The notes: generated by a model not told the origin, from the letters alone. A stretch of DNA of 64,000 nucleotides from Nitrosarchaeum sp. (GCA_965223865.1 OZ245020.1:1664001-1728000), one strand, 5' to 3'. Shown: positions 52,401 through 61,388, counted from the first letter of the stretch. Translations and numbers: made by a program.

Positions 52401-52769
52401 TTTATCAACCACATTTCCAGTTTTATCCCGTAACTCTACTGATTCACTGACATCTGTAAACCAGATGGTTTGGTATGAGTATTTCAAAAATTTTCCAGGT
52501 TCAATAATTGTTCCTTGAGGAATAGTCATGGTTTTTTTCAGAACTGTAGTTGATGCAATCTCCCAACCACTCAAATCAACCTCAGAGTTTGTAGGATTGT
52601 ATAGTTCTACCCATTCAGAAATATTTTTAGAATCGTCTCCTGGAGGATTGATATCAACCTCATTTATCACAACATTATCTGGGAAAGATTGAGCACTAGC
52701 TGGAATTACTAGGACACCTATAAGAATAGAGAAAAGAATAGGAATTTTTGTATTCATAGCTTTTTTCAA
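49485..52769 (-). CDS. Large secreted protein with lamin-tail domain and Ig-like repeats
   Basis: VVINEV..EWVELYN..DLSGW; repeated TDK..Y..GETI.ISG units. Confidence 0.88.
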   Translation of the reverse strand: MKKAMNTKIPILFSILIGVLVIPASAQSFPDNVVINEVDINPPGDDSKNISEWVELYNPTNSEVDLSGWEIASTTVLKKTMTIPQGTIIEPGKFLKYSYQTIWFTDVSESVELRDKTGNVVDKTPKFSDLENNFLSWQRIFDGYDTDSVTDWKFETSNAGSTNGQQSLAEVQEGVSVTLSTDSPTYLFGQTAVISGSISEEVVITTPYFQPEKIILTISGPEYHKIVELYPDLNLNFKTTMSLQQVLGVNEGTYDLSVSYADATSRASFTVGDEVLVEQISESSELSLVTDKSQYIPGQTITLTGITTEIIPFEGLNFNIKDPLGNVISSGNLFPTDGKFITTVFLTTVNPVYGTYEIIGEYSDISANTTFEVIEDFKEDKPISLWTDKEAYGLGNIVEITGRLNNIWISSLDLEIIQTKNIALSSGGSDSGYKILDSLEIQGDGSFSYSFKIPDNELRLGDYKITVSKEIGTSSVTIHAVSNPEDFIKSEEPLTISTSKSVYNLGETLMVSGFIENPSSRSSFETDVVTISISNEDGTPLQIIALPDGAQTRHRDGVAVSYEFTAVPTSSGSFSIQTHIAKNIFQEGNYVIEAKYLDLKKTITVGIIDPLKLSNGVSISLNKEIFGLGETLVLSGIIPPSGDNAVTISLTKPDGSKIKSGATVDQQQFTWTWKTPISEKPTTVKSIDDRSVSKSNYGIYKIKVSTDSYGKNIFFKVSSNPEHDSLDASPLFISTEKSLYQAGEKLKVIGNLITREQGSEGLVIPDRVTLRVLDGTFPYEQIHEAQIYPKQGGQFESLFELPPTIFSEGEYKVQALYKNKKVESTFTVANDFLFGSDEPVSLLLSTDKTQYHPGDVVVLSGKPNKLIYLEKFDVSVIKKSETDITCGSFFCGVHIGEVTTIRPSPSGSFTYQFLIPDSSSGLGTYEMTVDADFEAKSITFDVVEKPTTKFPSTVIEKQNRISESQISIITEQKTIDEHELVPRVITGSLLTSKEDQKDVNLRITSESGVCIIGPEIECLVKESTRKPGQIYDVFMIDGMNLKIRYSGQDVRLEKFDILPESSDVFLPDSTWNVDIVKEDQVSRFYYKVNYKTLE

Positions 52770-52917
52770 TTTTTAATCATAAATTGCCTCATTTTAGAAT
52801 GGAATTGAGGAAAAGTTGAGCTAGTTGTTAAAGTTGACCTCAAATATCTGACTCTTTTGTAGTTTTTCATGCTCAAAATACAGATTTTTGGTATTTAGAA
52901 GATCCGTAGGAATTATT

Positions 52918-53580
52918 CTAAATAGAGCCTTCTGAACCAGTGAAAGAATCTACAGATGTTTTTACACCACTAGAACCACTTGGAACTGAGGGAAATTTGT
53001 CACTTATCTGAGTTTCTGCAACAGCTGCGGCCTCTTGTAAAATAGAATCAGTCTCTTGTGATGAAAATGTAGAATCTGCAAAGGAGGAATCATCAAGAGT
53101 TCCAGGCATCATATCTCCAAGCATATTACCCATTGATTCTAATTCGGCACTAGCTTGAGGCATTATCTGGTTCATAGCAGGGACTACGGCTTTCATCGTA
53201 GATACTGCGGGCTTCATTGAAACTATTGCATCACCTACAGCATTTACTGTAGTCAATCTGAGCTGTGTTCTTTCTACAGATAATTTCATGTTTCCTATCA
53301 TGGATCTAGTTTTTCTTATTTGGACTAGTTCATTTGCAAGAACTTTGGCTGCAGAAATATTCCCATTCTGTTTAGCTTGAACAATCTTGTCAAAGAGTTT
53401 TTTCTCTTTTTCAGATAGCTGGTCTGTAGTATTGCCTAGCTTTGATATTGGCCTGTTTAATCCTCTAATTGTTCCTTCCACTCTTGGTTTTAAAGGAGGA
53501 TCCTTTTTCACCAAGCCCTGAAGACGTTCTGAAATGCCTTCTGAGGATTGTCTTTGCCAGGCTTGTCCAAAGTTCGACAT
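52918..53580 (-). CDS. cdvB: ESCRT-III / Snf7-family protein (CdvB paralogue)
   Basis: LKPR, ANELVQIRK, LRLTT..GD, ILQEAAAVAE, FPSVP tail. Confidence 0.88.
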   Translation of the reverse strand: MSNFGQAWQRQSSEGISERLQGLVKKDPPLKPRVEGTIRGLNRPISKLGNTTDQLSEKEKKLFDKIVQAKQNGNISAAKVLANELVQIRKTRSMIGNMKLSVERTQLRLTTVNAVGDAIVSMKPAVSTMKAVVPAMNQIMPQASAELESMGNMLGDMMPGTLDDSSFADSTFSSQETDSILQEAAAVAETQISDKFPSVPSGSSGVKTSVDSFTGSEGSI

Positions 53581-53639
53581 GAAATAGAATTTTGAAATTT
53601 TAACTTATGATAAAGAGCTTAAAAAAATCAACAATTGTG

Positions 53640-53706
53640 ATCAGATTAACACTACTTAGTCATCAGATTAACACTACTTAGTCATCAGAATAACCTAAAG
53701 TCATCA
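53640..53706. repeat. 22-bp tandem repeat ATCAGATTAACACTACTTAGTC x2 plus degenerate third copy
   Basis: Read directly; intergenic, upstream of cdvB. Confidence 0.9.
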
Positions 53707-53723
53707 ACCAATCAAATTTTCAC

Positions 53724-53954
53724 TTACCCTACTTTCTCACTGTAATGATACCTTAGAATATTTTTCATCAAAGGATAGTAAATCTCATTGGATTTGTGAG
53801 ATGATTTGCTGTGAGATAATAGCTTTTCACAGTACTGTCTCTCCTCTGCAGTTAACTGCGATGAATGCAGATAGTTTTTCTTTGCAGCCAAATCATACAA
53901 GAATGAATAGTATTCTTGGAGTATCTCTTTTTCTTTTACTTCTAATAGACTCAT
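53724..53954 (-). CDS. Small hypothetical protein
   Basis: 76-aa ORF upstream of cdvB on the same strand. Confidence 0.5.
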   Translation of the reverse strand: MSLLEVKEKEILQEYYSFLYDLAAKKNYLHSSQLTAEERQYCEKLLSHSKSSHKSNEIYYPLMKNILRYHYSEKVG

Positions 53955-54021
53955 TTGTATTTCAAAAGTGTCATTGCAGACAAATTATTTAGGACGTATC
54001 TTACTTTTTGATTATTCTAGG

Positions 54022-54066
54022 TTCAAGATTTGAATTTTTTTAACTAGTTTAGTTCAATTTTTGAAC
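54022..54066. promoter_or_regulatory. Two TTCA-N5-TGAA boxes (54022-54034, 54053-54065), 31 bp apart
   Basis: Palindromic boxes upstream of the Lrp gene. Confidence 0.7.
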
Positions 54067-54103
54067 ATCTGTGGGTATCTTTGCAATATGAGACTGAATA
54101 AAC

Positions 54104-54709
54104 ATGACTATGGCACAAACACTTTCCAAAAATAACATCATAATTGATGATATTGACAGACAAATTCTAAACTTGTTGATTTCAAATGCAAGAGATTCAA
54201 CTAGAACTATTGTAAAGAAACTAGCAGGCATGGGAGTAAACATGTCTGAACGAGGCATAGGTAAGAGAATAGCACGACTAGAAAAACTAGGCATAATTCA
54301 TGGCTATACCACAATGGTTGATCTCAATCAGGTAAACATGCCAATTTTGAGACTAGTTACTGTGAAATTTACATCTCCAAAAGACTTTGTAACCAGACTA
54401 GAAGAGATGAAAGAGTATCTAAATGACGCACCATACTGTGACTTTTCAGCAAGAACAAATGGGAATATTGACTGGATTGAGCTGAAATTTTTCAACAATC
54501 ACGAGCAGGCAAAACAAGAAGAGGATTTGTATCGAGCATGGTTTGGAGATATCATAGAAGATTACAGATCATATGACCTTGACATCCATAAAATGGGATG
54601 GCAGTTATTTGATGAGGATGATTTTAATCGGTTTATCCAAAATATGTGTAAAAGGGAAGGCTCAGAAACCTGTCCAAACATTAAACTCCAAACTAGGAAA
54701 AAACACTAG
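54104..54709 (+). CDS. Lrp/AsnC-family transcriptional regulator
   Basis: IDDIDRQILNLLISNAR..RIARLEKLGIIHGYT HTH; RAM-like domain. Confidence 0.88.
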   Translation: MTMAQTLSKNNIIIDDIDRQILNLLISNARDSTRTIVKKLAGMGVNMSERGIGKRIARLEKLGIIHGYTTMVDLNQVNMPILRLVTVKFTSPKDFVTRLEEMKEYLNDAPYCDFSARTNGNIDWIELKFFNNHEQAKQEEDLYRAWFGDIIEDYRSYDLDIHKMGWQLFDEDDFNRFIQNMCKREGSETCPNIKLQTRKKH

Positions 54710-54722
54710 ATAGGCACACAAA

Positions 54723-54765
54723 TTCATTTTCTGAACTGCTCTAAGAGCTCAATTCAGTTTCTGAA
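54723..54765. promoter_or_regulatory. Two TTCA-N5-TGAA boxes (54723-54735, 54753-54765), 30 bp apart
   Basis: Same consensus as the boxes upstream of the Lrp gene. Confidence 0.7.
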
Positions 54766-54831
54766 TAAAATGATACGATATAGTTTGCTCCATTTCAAGT
54801 AGTTTGACAGCTACATATCATTTGAGAAAAC

Positions 54832-55050
54832 ATGAGTACCTATGATATACAACAAGTCTCTGAGAATACAAAGACAAAACTCGGAGTAATCGGTCTAGTT
54901 GCCTTACCGATAGTTGCAGCAATGTATTCCTCTGGAAGCATGGCCCTAGAACAAGTACCTCAAACACTCACAAGCGGAGTATTTCCAATTGGGTTTACCT
55001 TGTTCTCATGGGGTATTGCTGTGAAATTGGCAACAAAGTTGAGAAAGTAA
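54832..55050 (+). CDS. 72-aa two-helix membrane protein
   Basis: Two hydrophobic segments, basic C-terminus, followed by T-rich tract. Confidence 0.7.
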   Translation: MSTYDIQQVSENTKTKLGVIGLVALPIVAAMYSSGSMALEQVPQTLTSGVFPIGFTLFSWGIAVKLATKLRK

Positions 55051-55139
55051 TTACTTTTTCAATTTTTTTGTGATTAATTGTTGTGTTTTTTAAATTAGAT
55101 TATGTTGTATTTACAAAGATAACGAAAAATAAAAAGAAG

Positions 55140-56531
55140 TTATGTAGGATTAGTACATAGGTTTGTGGCACCAACAGCATCAACATCAAATCCATCTCCA
55201 ATAGTACTATGATCAGTTATTCGTACATATTCAATACAACCAATATCTGAAAGATCATATGAAAATTCATGTACATCTTTTGTGTCGTTATCGTATCCTT
55301 TTTTAAACAATGGGTTCCAATTTTTTCCATCAGAGCTAACCTCAACTATTGCTCTTTCTGCGGTTGTTTTTCCCCAAGTTGCTTCATAAATTTTCAGAGT
55401 GTTCATGACAGGTTGGTTGAAACTTACTGTTATTTGACCACCAATACCAAGAGAAACAAAACTAGAGGATCGATCATAGGAATTTGGTTCATTAAGAGCG
55501 TTTATTGGGGCTGATCTTTTTACCTCAATTAGATTATTGTCGCGAGATTTTCCGGGATTATAATCCAATAACCATTTTGCGAAGTATTCTGTGGAAGAAT
55601 ATGGCATTGAATTAAGAGTTTTTAGATCAAGAACTGCTTGTTGAATTTTTGGATTTGAATTAATTTCTAATTGTTTTATTTTCTCTTTTAGGAGTCTTAT
55701 TTCTTCTTTGAGCATTTTTATTGTAAGATCTTGATTTTCCTCATCTGATTCATCATCTTTGTTTTTTACTTCACCAGATGAAGTTTCTTGTGTATTTTGA
55801 ACAGTTTCCACATTTTGAGTAATTTTTGTAATTGTATTTTGATAAGAACTGTTTGTCTTAGATGCTTTTGTTGTTAGATCGACAAAGTTCAGAGATGATT
55901 TTTCCTCATCCTCATATCTTGGTAGTTTTCCTTGGTCATCAAAATGCTTTTGAATATCGGGATCTGAAAATCCAACCTCAATATTAAGATCTTTTACAAG
56001 TTGAATCATATCTATTCTAGGTATTTTTGCAGTTTCGTGATATGTAGTTCGAGCTTCTTGCAAGGATCCTCCATTTCTAAGAACTTTATGCATGGCATCT
56101 CTTGCAGCATCTATTTTGTTCTTCTTGTAATCAAAGAGACCTTGAAAGATATGTTTTGTATCATCGTTTGAAACTTTTTTTATAAAATTATTAAATGCAG
56201 CAAGTGGTGTAAATTCTTCATTGTCTTTGAACATTCTTTCAAGTTCTTGTTCTAATTTTTCTTTTGCAATACTTCGTTGTTCATCCAAAAGTTTTTCTTG
56301 GTTTGATTTTTGTTGAACGATAGAAAATTGTTTTTTAGATTTTTCTATATTCTCAAGAATTTTTGCAATCATAGGATCATTAAGATTAGCACCTATAACT
56401 ATGGTAAAATCTTTTTCAGTATCATCAGCAAATGCATTTGTTGCACCAATGCTAAACACAGAAAACAACATAACAAAAGCCAATGAAAATGCCAGTATTT
56501 TTTTTGTTGATGTTTCGTCATTGTATTTCAT
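55140..56531 (-). CDS. Secreted hypothetical protein (helical N-terminal domain, coiled coil, beta-sandwich C-terminal domain)
   Basis: Signal peptide AFA; FVSLGIGGQITVSF..VEVSSDG..GFDVDAVG. Confidence 0.82.
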   Translation of the reverse strand: MKYNDETSTKKILAFSLAFVMLFSVFSIGATNAFADDTEKDFTIVIGANLNDPMIAKILENIEKSKKQFSIVQQKSNQEKLLDEQRSIAKEKLEQELERMFKDNEEFTPLAAFNNFIKKVSNDDTKHIFQGLFDYKKNKIDAARDAMHKVLRNGGSLQEARTTYHETAKIPRIDMIQLVKDLNIEVGFSDPDIQKHFDDQGKLPRYEDEEKSSLNFVDLTTKASKTNSSYQNTITKITQNVETVQNTQETSSGEVKNKDDESDEENQDLTIKMLKEEIRLLKEKIKQLEINSNPKIQQAVLDLKTLNSMPYSSTEYFAKWLLDYNPGKSRDNNLIEVKRSAPINALNEPNSYDRSSSFVSLGIGGQITVSFNQPVMNTLKIYEATWGKTTAERAIVEVSSDGKNWNPLFKKGYDNDTKDVHEFSYDLSDIGCIEYVRITDHSTIGDGFDVDAVGATNLCTNPT

Positions 56532-56799
56532 TAAAGGATGAAATCTAAAATTTGCATATAATAATTAGTTAGAAGATAATAGTAATGGTTAAAGGTATTT
56601 TTGTGATCATTTTTTTGAAAATTTATGTACATGTCAATCACACTGAATGTCAAAAAATAATTTTTTAAGAAACAATTTGAATTAATTTTCGGAAAAGTTT
56701 TCGGTAAACATATCAATGATTTAGAAAACCATATTTTTAGAAAAGAAATGTCAGTTGTGAAAATTATTTATTTTAATTGTTTTAAGCCATTCGTACCAT

Positions 56800-57045
56800 T
56801 CATTCATTTTTAAAATCACAATTTGGACATTTTTTATTTTCAATCCTTGAACCACAATCAACACAAATTCCTTCTCCCACATCAATTTCTATCGCCTTTT
56901 TCTTTCGTCCAACATAGACTTTAATTCCAAAATACATCATAATTACAATTAATGTAGCATAAATCGGAGCCATAAAGGGTAACAAACCCACCATAAACAG
57001 CAATAACCCCACTATGAGGAGTAGATCTCTTCTCTCAAAATTCAA
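56800..57045 (-). CDS. Small membrane protein with zinc ribbon
   Basis: 2 TM helices plus CVDCG..CPNC. Confidence 0.72.
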   Translation of the reverse strand: MNFERRDLLLIVGLLLFMVGLLPFMAPIYATLIVIMMYFGIKVYVGRKKKAIEIDVGEGICVDCGSRIENKKCPNCDFKNE

Positions 57046-57617
57046 CAGTTTGAAAGTTTGAAGGAATTCATAAAAACGTGCCGGAGCTCAGAGCCATTAG
57101 TTTTACTTCATCTAAAGTCATTACTCTAACTCTTCCTCATTGCTCGGCAAGAATAGTAAACTAGTATTTGATAATAAGATAATGATCGAGTAGAAGATCG
57201 ACTAGATTTCAACCTTATTACTAAGCGGGTTTGCATACAATTCAATTATTTCTAATTCCAGAGGAAATATCATCTCTTTACAGTGCTACAAAAGCAAATT
57301 TAAAAAAATCCAAAATATATTCGGAGTCATCCACACAAGTGCAGGATCTTATGTAAAATATTTTTTTGTTGAACAGTCAGCTTCAAAGTTTTCTTTTGCC
57401 GTCTACAAAAAAACATGTTTTTGTTTGTTTCATAAAAGAAAAAGTAAATAATTGCATATATTTTAGATGTTAACTTTGTTAATAATAGTAACAAAAAATC
57501 AGGCAAAATTATCCACAGATTTAATTTTTCATGAATCCTATCTGTTTTAGTATAGTTTCAGGTTATGATGTCTTTTATTATCTACCGGGCTCATTAAATG
57601 TGAACCCGATAGGTAAA

Positions 57618-57691
57618 TGGGATCGGCGAGATTTGAACGCGCGACCTCTGCGTCCCAAACGCAGAATCATACCAAGCTAGACCACGATCCC
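57618..57691 (-). tRNA. tRNA-Pro (TGG), no intron
   Basis: GGGATCG/CGATCCC acceptor stem, CTGCG-TTTGGGA-CGCAG anticodon arm, TTCAAAT T-loop. Confidence 0.97.
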
Positions 57692-57766
57692 AGTAAATCG
57701 TAAAATTTGCCCAATTTAAGCTTGACAGATAATGATTTTAAAGGCTTACAAAAGAACACAAAATTG

Positions 57767-58663
57767 TTGCAACTCGAAGACTATATCAAGGCAGGAGAAA
57801 TTGCTGCTGAGGTAAGAGAAAATGTAAGGAAAAAAAATTGGATTGGAAAGACTGTTTATGAAATATGTGAAGAGATAGAAGGAGAAATTATCAAGAGAGG
57901 TGCAAAATGTGCCTTTCCTGTAAATACAAGTATCAACGAAGTTGCAGCACATTACACTGCAGAACCTAATGATTCTATTACAATTACAGATTCAGATTTA
58001 GTAAAGATTGATCTAGGTGCACAGATTAATGGACATATTGCAGATACTGCAGTAACTGTTTGTTATGATGCACAGTATGATGGCTTGGTTCAAGCTGCCG
58101 AAGATGCACTAAATAATGCAATGTCAATGATTAAGGTAGGAGTAAAGGCAAGCGATATTGGAAGAACTATTGAAACAACAATAAAACAAATGGGATACAA
58201 ACCTATTGCAAATCTTAGTGGACATTCATTAGAACAGTATACTATTCATGCAGGAAGATCAATTCCAAATATTTGGTCTATTGGAGGATTCTCACTATCA
58301 GAAAACACAGCTTATGCATGTGAACCATTTGTCACTACAGAAGAGGGAGGAGGATTTGTAAGAAATGGAAAAATCAAGAATATTTTTGCTCTAAATTCAA
58401 GAAAGAAGACAAAAAATGATGAAGCAGATAAATTATTAGATTACATTTGGGAGAATTTTAACATGTTGCCATTTGCGTTAAGATGGATTACAAAAGAATG
58501 GGAGGAAAAGAAAGCCAGAGAACTATTAGAACATCTTGTAAAGAAAAAAGCAGTTCAGGCATATCCAATATTAATAGAAGTAAATGAGAAAAGAGTAGCA
58601 CAAGCTGAACATACATTTATCCCAAATGAAAACGGGGCCACAGTTACAACCCAAGCTCAGTAA
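57767..58663 (+). CDS. map: Methionine aminopeptidase, type II
   Basis: AFPVN, AAHYT, DLG..ADTA, NLSGH, EPF, QAEHT; TTG start inferred. Confidence 0.95.
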   Translation: MQLEDYIKAGEIAAEVRENVRKKNWIGKTVYEICEEIEGEIIKRGAKCAFPVNTSINEVAAHYTAEPNDSITITDSDLVKIDLGAQINGHIADTAVTVCYDAQYDGLVQAAEDALNNAMSMIKVGVKASDIGRTIETTIKQMGYKPIANLSGHSLEQYTIHAGRSIPNIWSIGGFSLSENTAYACEPFVTTEEGGGFVRNGKIKNIFALNSRKKTKNDEADKLLDYIWENFNMLPFALRWITKEWEEKKARELLEHLVKKKAVQAYPILIEVNEKRVAQAEHTFIPNENGATVTTQAQ

Positions 58664-58931
58664 CCACTTAAAATTAAATATAATAAATAAGATCTTTTTC
58701 GTCTAGTGCAGAAGTATCTGATGAATAACCCGAAATGCTTCCAATGAGTTTTGTTACTGTGATGTTAACTTTAGATAATATTTGTAAGAATGACTAGTGT
58801 ATTGAAAAATTTAATGTTGGATTTATTATTGTGTATGGAATTACATCCATGAAATTGTCAAAAGGAAATTTAATATAATTTTGATTTTAAAATATAACTA
58901 GTACGGAAAAATTTTCAGTATAGATCAAAAG

Positions 58932-59114
58932 TTATTTTTCTATAGTTTCGCCAAAGATTTTTTCTATTCTCATCAGTCCATCACAAGAATTACATTTCTG
59001 AGTTTCAGAATACAAAAAATCCCCTTCTTTGAATTTTCGTTTTCTTTCCATTTTACATAGTTTACATTTTTCAATAGTGTAGGCTATGATAATTTTTTCT
59101 TTAGAAAATATCAT
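58932..59114 (-). CDS. Small zinc-ribbon protein
   Basis: CKLC..RKFKEGD..CNSC; ATGA overlap with the upstream gene. Confidence 0.7.
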   Translation of the reverse strand: MIFSKEKIIIAYTIEKCKLCKMERKRKFKEGDFLYSETQKCNSCDGLMRIEKIFGETIEK

Positions 59115-60232
59115 TGAGGAACTCCAATGGTGTTTCCAACACCAATTAGTAAAATAGATTGTCCAGGTTTTGTATTGTCATTAATCATTTCAGATATTTG
59201 AGAGTGTACCTCATCTGCCTTGTCTGCAATTTCTTTTGTCATTAGAGTTATAGCTTCTTTTACTGATTGTTTGATAACAATAGCAAAAATGGGGATATTA
59301 TTTTTAGATGCAATAGATTCAATATGATATCTCTCAGTACCTATGCCGCCAATAGCTGCTCCAAAACCTTGTGCAATTGTTGCAGAGTCTTCTCCTTCCA
59401 TTTTTAGTGCCGCGTCAATCATGATAATTATATCAGGTTTATTTTCTAAAACAATTTTTTTTACCGCTTCACCAGGTCTTCCAACACAAGAGCCTGGTCC
59501 TTCAGCCTTTAGTAAAAATAATTTTCTGCCTTCGTATTCAATTTCAGAAAGAACTGTTTGAAATGCAATAGTTTCTTTTTTAGAATTCAACATCATTTTT
59601 CCTACAACCATAGGCCCAATTCCATCGCCTACTGGTTGACCTTGCTTAAAAGCAGGAATTGCCTTTCGAATTGCCTCTGCTTCTTCCATTATAAAAGGAA
59701 GAATCATCTGTAATGGCAAAATTAATGGATAGTTGTTTTGTTTTTTTGCAGTTAAAAATAGGTGATTAATTATTTTGTATATCATCTGTAAGGAAGTTGC
59801 AATTTCAAGAAGAGTTTGGACTTTGGTTAATTCCAAATCACTGGTTTCAGGAGATAATGATTTTACATGTTCTCGAGTATAGTCTTCTCTTGATCTTACA
59901 ATGTGTTGAACTTTATCTACTATTCCATTTGGATCCATATCTACTGGCATGATAGTAAAATAATCCAAAAACCTATCAATTTTTTTTGTAGGATCATATT
60001 TTGGATTCATAGTTTGTTTAACATAATCTATGAGTTCATTTCTAGATTCGTTTTTATACAATTCTAATTTTTTTATGGCCTTTTTGATTTCTCCTGAAGT
60101 AACTTGTAATTGAATTCTCTGACCATAGAAAATAAAAATGAATATTGGAAGAATCCATATCAACATCAGTAACGGATTGGTTTCTTCTCCAAAACCAAAG
60201 AATTGATCAATATCAAAGTTGGTAAAATCCAC
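59111..60232 (-). CDS. DUF1512-family protein
   Basis: PVDMDPNG, GDGIGP, KAEGPG, IDAALKMEGE, GVGNT. Confidence 0.85.
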   Translation of the reverse strand: MDFTNFDIDQFFGFGEETNPLLMLIWILPIFIFIFYGQRIQLQVTSGEIKKAIKKLELYKNESRNELIDYVKQTMNPKYDPTKKIDRFLDYFTIMPVDMDPNGIVDKVQHIVRSREDYTREHVKSLSPETSDLELTKVQTLLEIATSLQMIYKIINHLFLTAKKQNNYPLILPLQMILPFIMEEAEAIRKAIPAFKQGQPVGDGIGPMVVGKMMLNSKKETIAFQTVLSEIEYEGRKLFLLKAEGPGSCVGRPGEAVKKIVLENKPDIIIMIDAALKMEGEDSATIAQGFGAAIGGIGTERYHIESIASKNNIPIFAIVIKQSVKEAITLMTKEIADKADEVHSQISEMINDNTKPGQSILLIGVGNTIGVPQ

Positions 60233-60376
60233 TGACTCAGCGATCCTCGGATCTAAATTAAATCATTCGTCTCTAAATGACTCAAATTTGATCTCAAAAA
60301 TTACTGAAATCGACTTCCCGAAAGGTGAAACAATGGCGAGTGCTTTTATTATAGTTCAAATACAAAAAATCTGAAT

Positions 60377-60937
60377 ATGCCACAAACAAAGCCTATTGTA
60401 AGCGTGGAAAATGTTGTAGCATCAGCTTCTGTAGATCAAAAAATGGATTTAAACGAGATTACCAGAACATTCCCAGATGTAGAGTATCATCCTGATCAGT
60501 TTCCAGGACTTGTCTTTAGATTAAAGACTCCAAAAACTGCAACGTTGATTTTTACTTCAGGCAAAATGGTGTGTACTGGGTCCAAATCAGAAGAGATGGC
60601 ACGAAAGGCAGTAAAAACAGTAGTTCAAAAACTTCGAAAAGGCGGAATTAAAGTAAAAAAAGATGCAGTTGTTGAAATTCAAAATATCGTAGCTTCAATT
60701 AACTTGGGCGGAAAAATTCACCTCGAGCAAGCTGCAAGAACATTACCTAGAAGCATGTATGAACCTGAACAATTTCCAGGACTCATCCACCGAATGCTAG
60801 ACCCAAAGACAGTGATTTTGCTGTTTTCATCAGGAAAACTTGTCTGTACTGGAGCAAAGAAAGAACCAGATGTCTATAGATCTGTAAACAACTTACATGC
60901 ACTACTGGAAGAAAAAGACCTAATGATTTATGACTAA
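60377..60937 (+). CDS. tbp: TATA-box-binding protein
   Basis: Two repeats NVVAS..YHPDQFPGL..IFTSGKMVCTG / NIVAS..YEPEQFPGL..LFSSGKLVCTG. Confidence 0.98.
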   Translation: MPQTKPIVSVENVVASASVDQKMDLNEITRTFPDVEYHPDQFPGLVFRLKTPKTATLIFTSGKMVCTGSKSEEMARKAVKTVVQKLRKGGIKVKKDAVVEIQNIVASINLGGKIHLEQAARTLPRSMYEPEQFPGLIHRMLDPKTVILLFSSGKLVCTGAKKEPDVYRSVNNLHALLEEKDLMIYD

Positions 60938-61022
60938 AAACAGGTCATAATCCATTTTCATTAATTTTCTTAATTTAGATTAAAAATGAAGTTTGTTAGA
61001 AAGTAAATTTCCAAATTGTTAA

Positions 61023-61358
61023 TTATTTGATTGGACTACCCAATGGAACCTCTTCAACAACTGTCAACCAAAATGGTTTGTCATCAACGTCAGCTGCCAA
61101 GAGCATTGCGTTAGATTCAATACCTGCCATTTTTTTTGGTTCTAAATTAGCAATTACAATTACAGTTTTACCTACAATATCTTCTGGTGAATAATATTGA
61201 GCACCACCAATAATGACATCACGTTTTTCAGAACCTAAATCAATCGTTCCTTTGATTATTCTAGATTTTCCTGGAATAGGTTCAGTTGCTATAATCTTTG
61301 CAACTCGCAGATCTAATTTTGCAAAATCTTCATAGGTTACATTTAACATAAAAATCAC
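61023..61358 (-). CDS. tRNA-binding protein (Trbp111/CsaA, OB fold)
   Basis: DFAKLDLRVAKI, NLEPKKMAGIESNAMLL. Confidence 0.92.
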   Translation of the reverse strand: MIFMLNVTYEDFAKLDLRVAKIIATEPIPGKSRIIKGTIDLGSEKRDVIIGGAQYYSPEDIVGKTVIVIANLEPKKMAGIESNAMLLAADVDDKPFWLTVVEEVPLGSPIK

Positions 61359-61388
61359 TAAGTTATCTTGTTAAAATGAATTTCGAAT

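Noticed and set aside
52770-52917. Searched for a duplicated tRNA-Pro 3' end (att site) at the left edge of the island
   Set aside because: No copy of TGGGATCGGCGAGATTTGAA seen, so a defined integrated element is not claimed
58664-58931. Spacer containing TGATGA and a broken minus-strand ORF
   Set aside because: No matching D box, and no recognisable protein similarity
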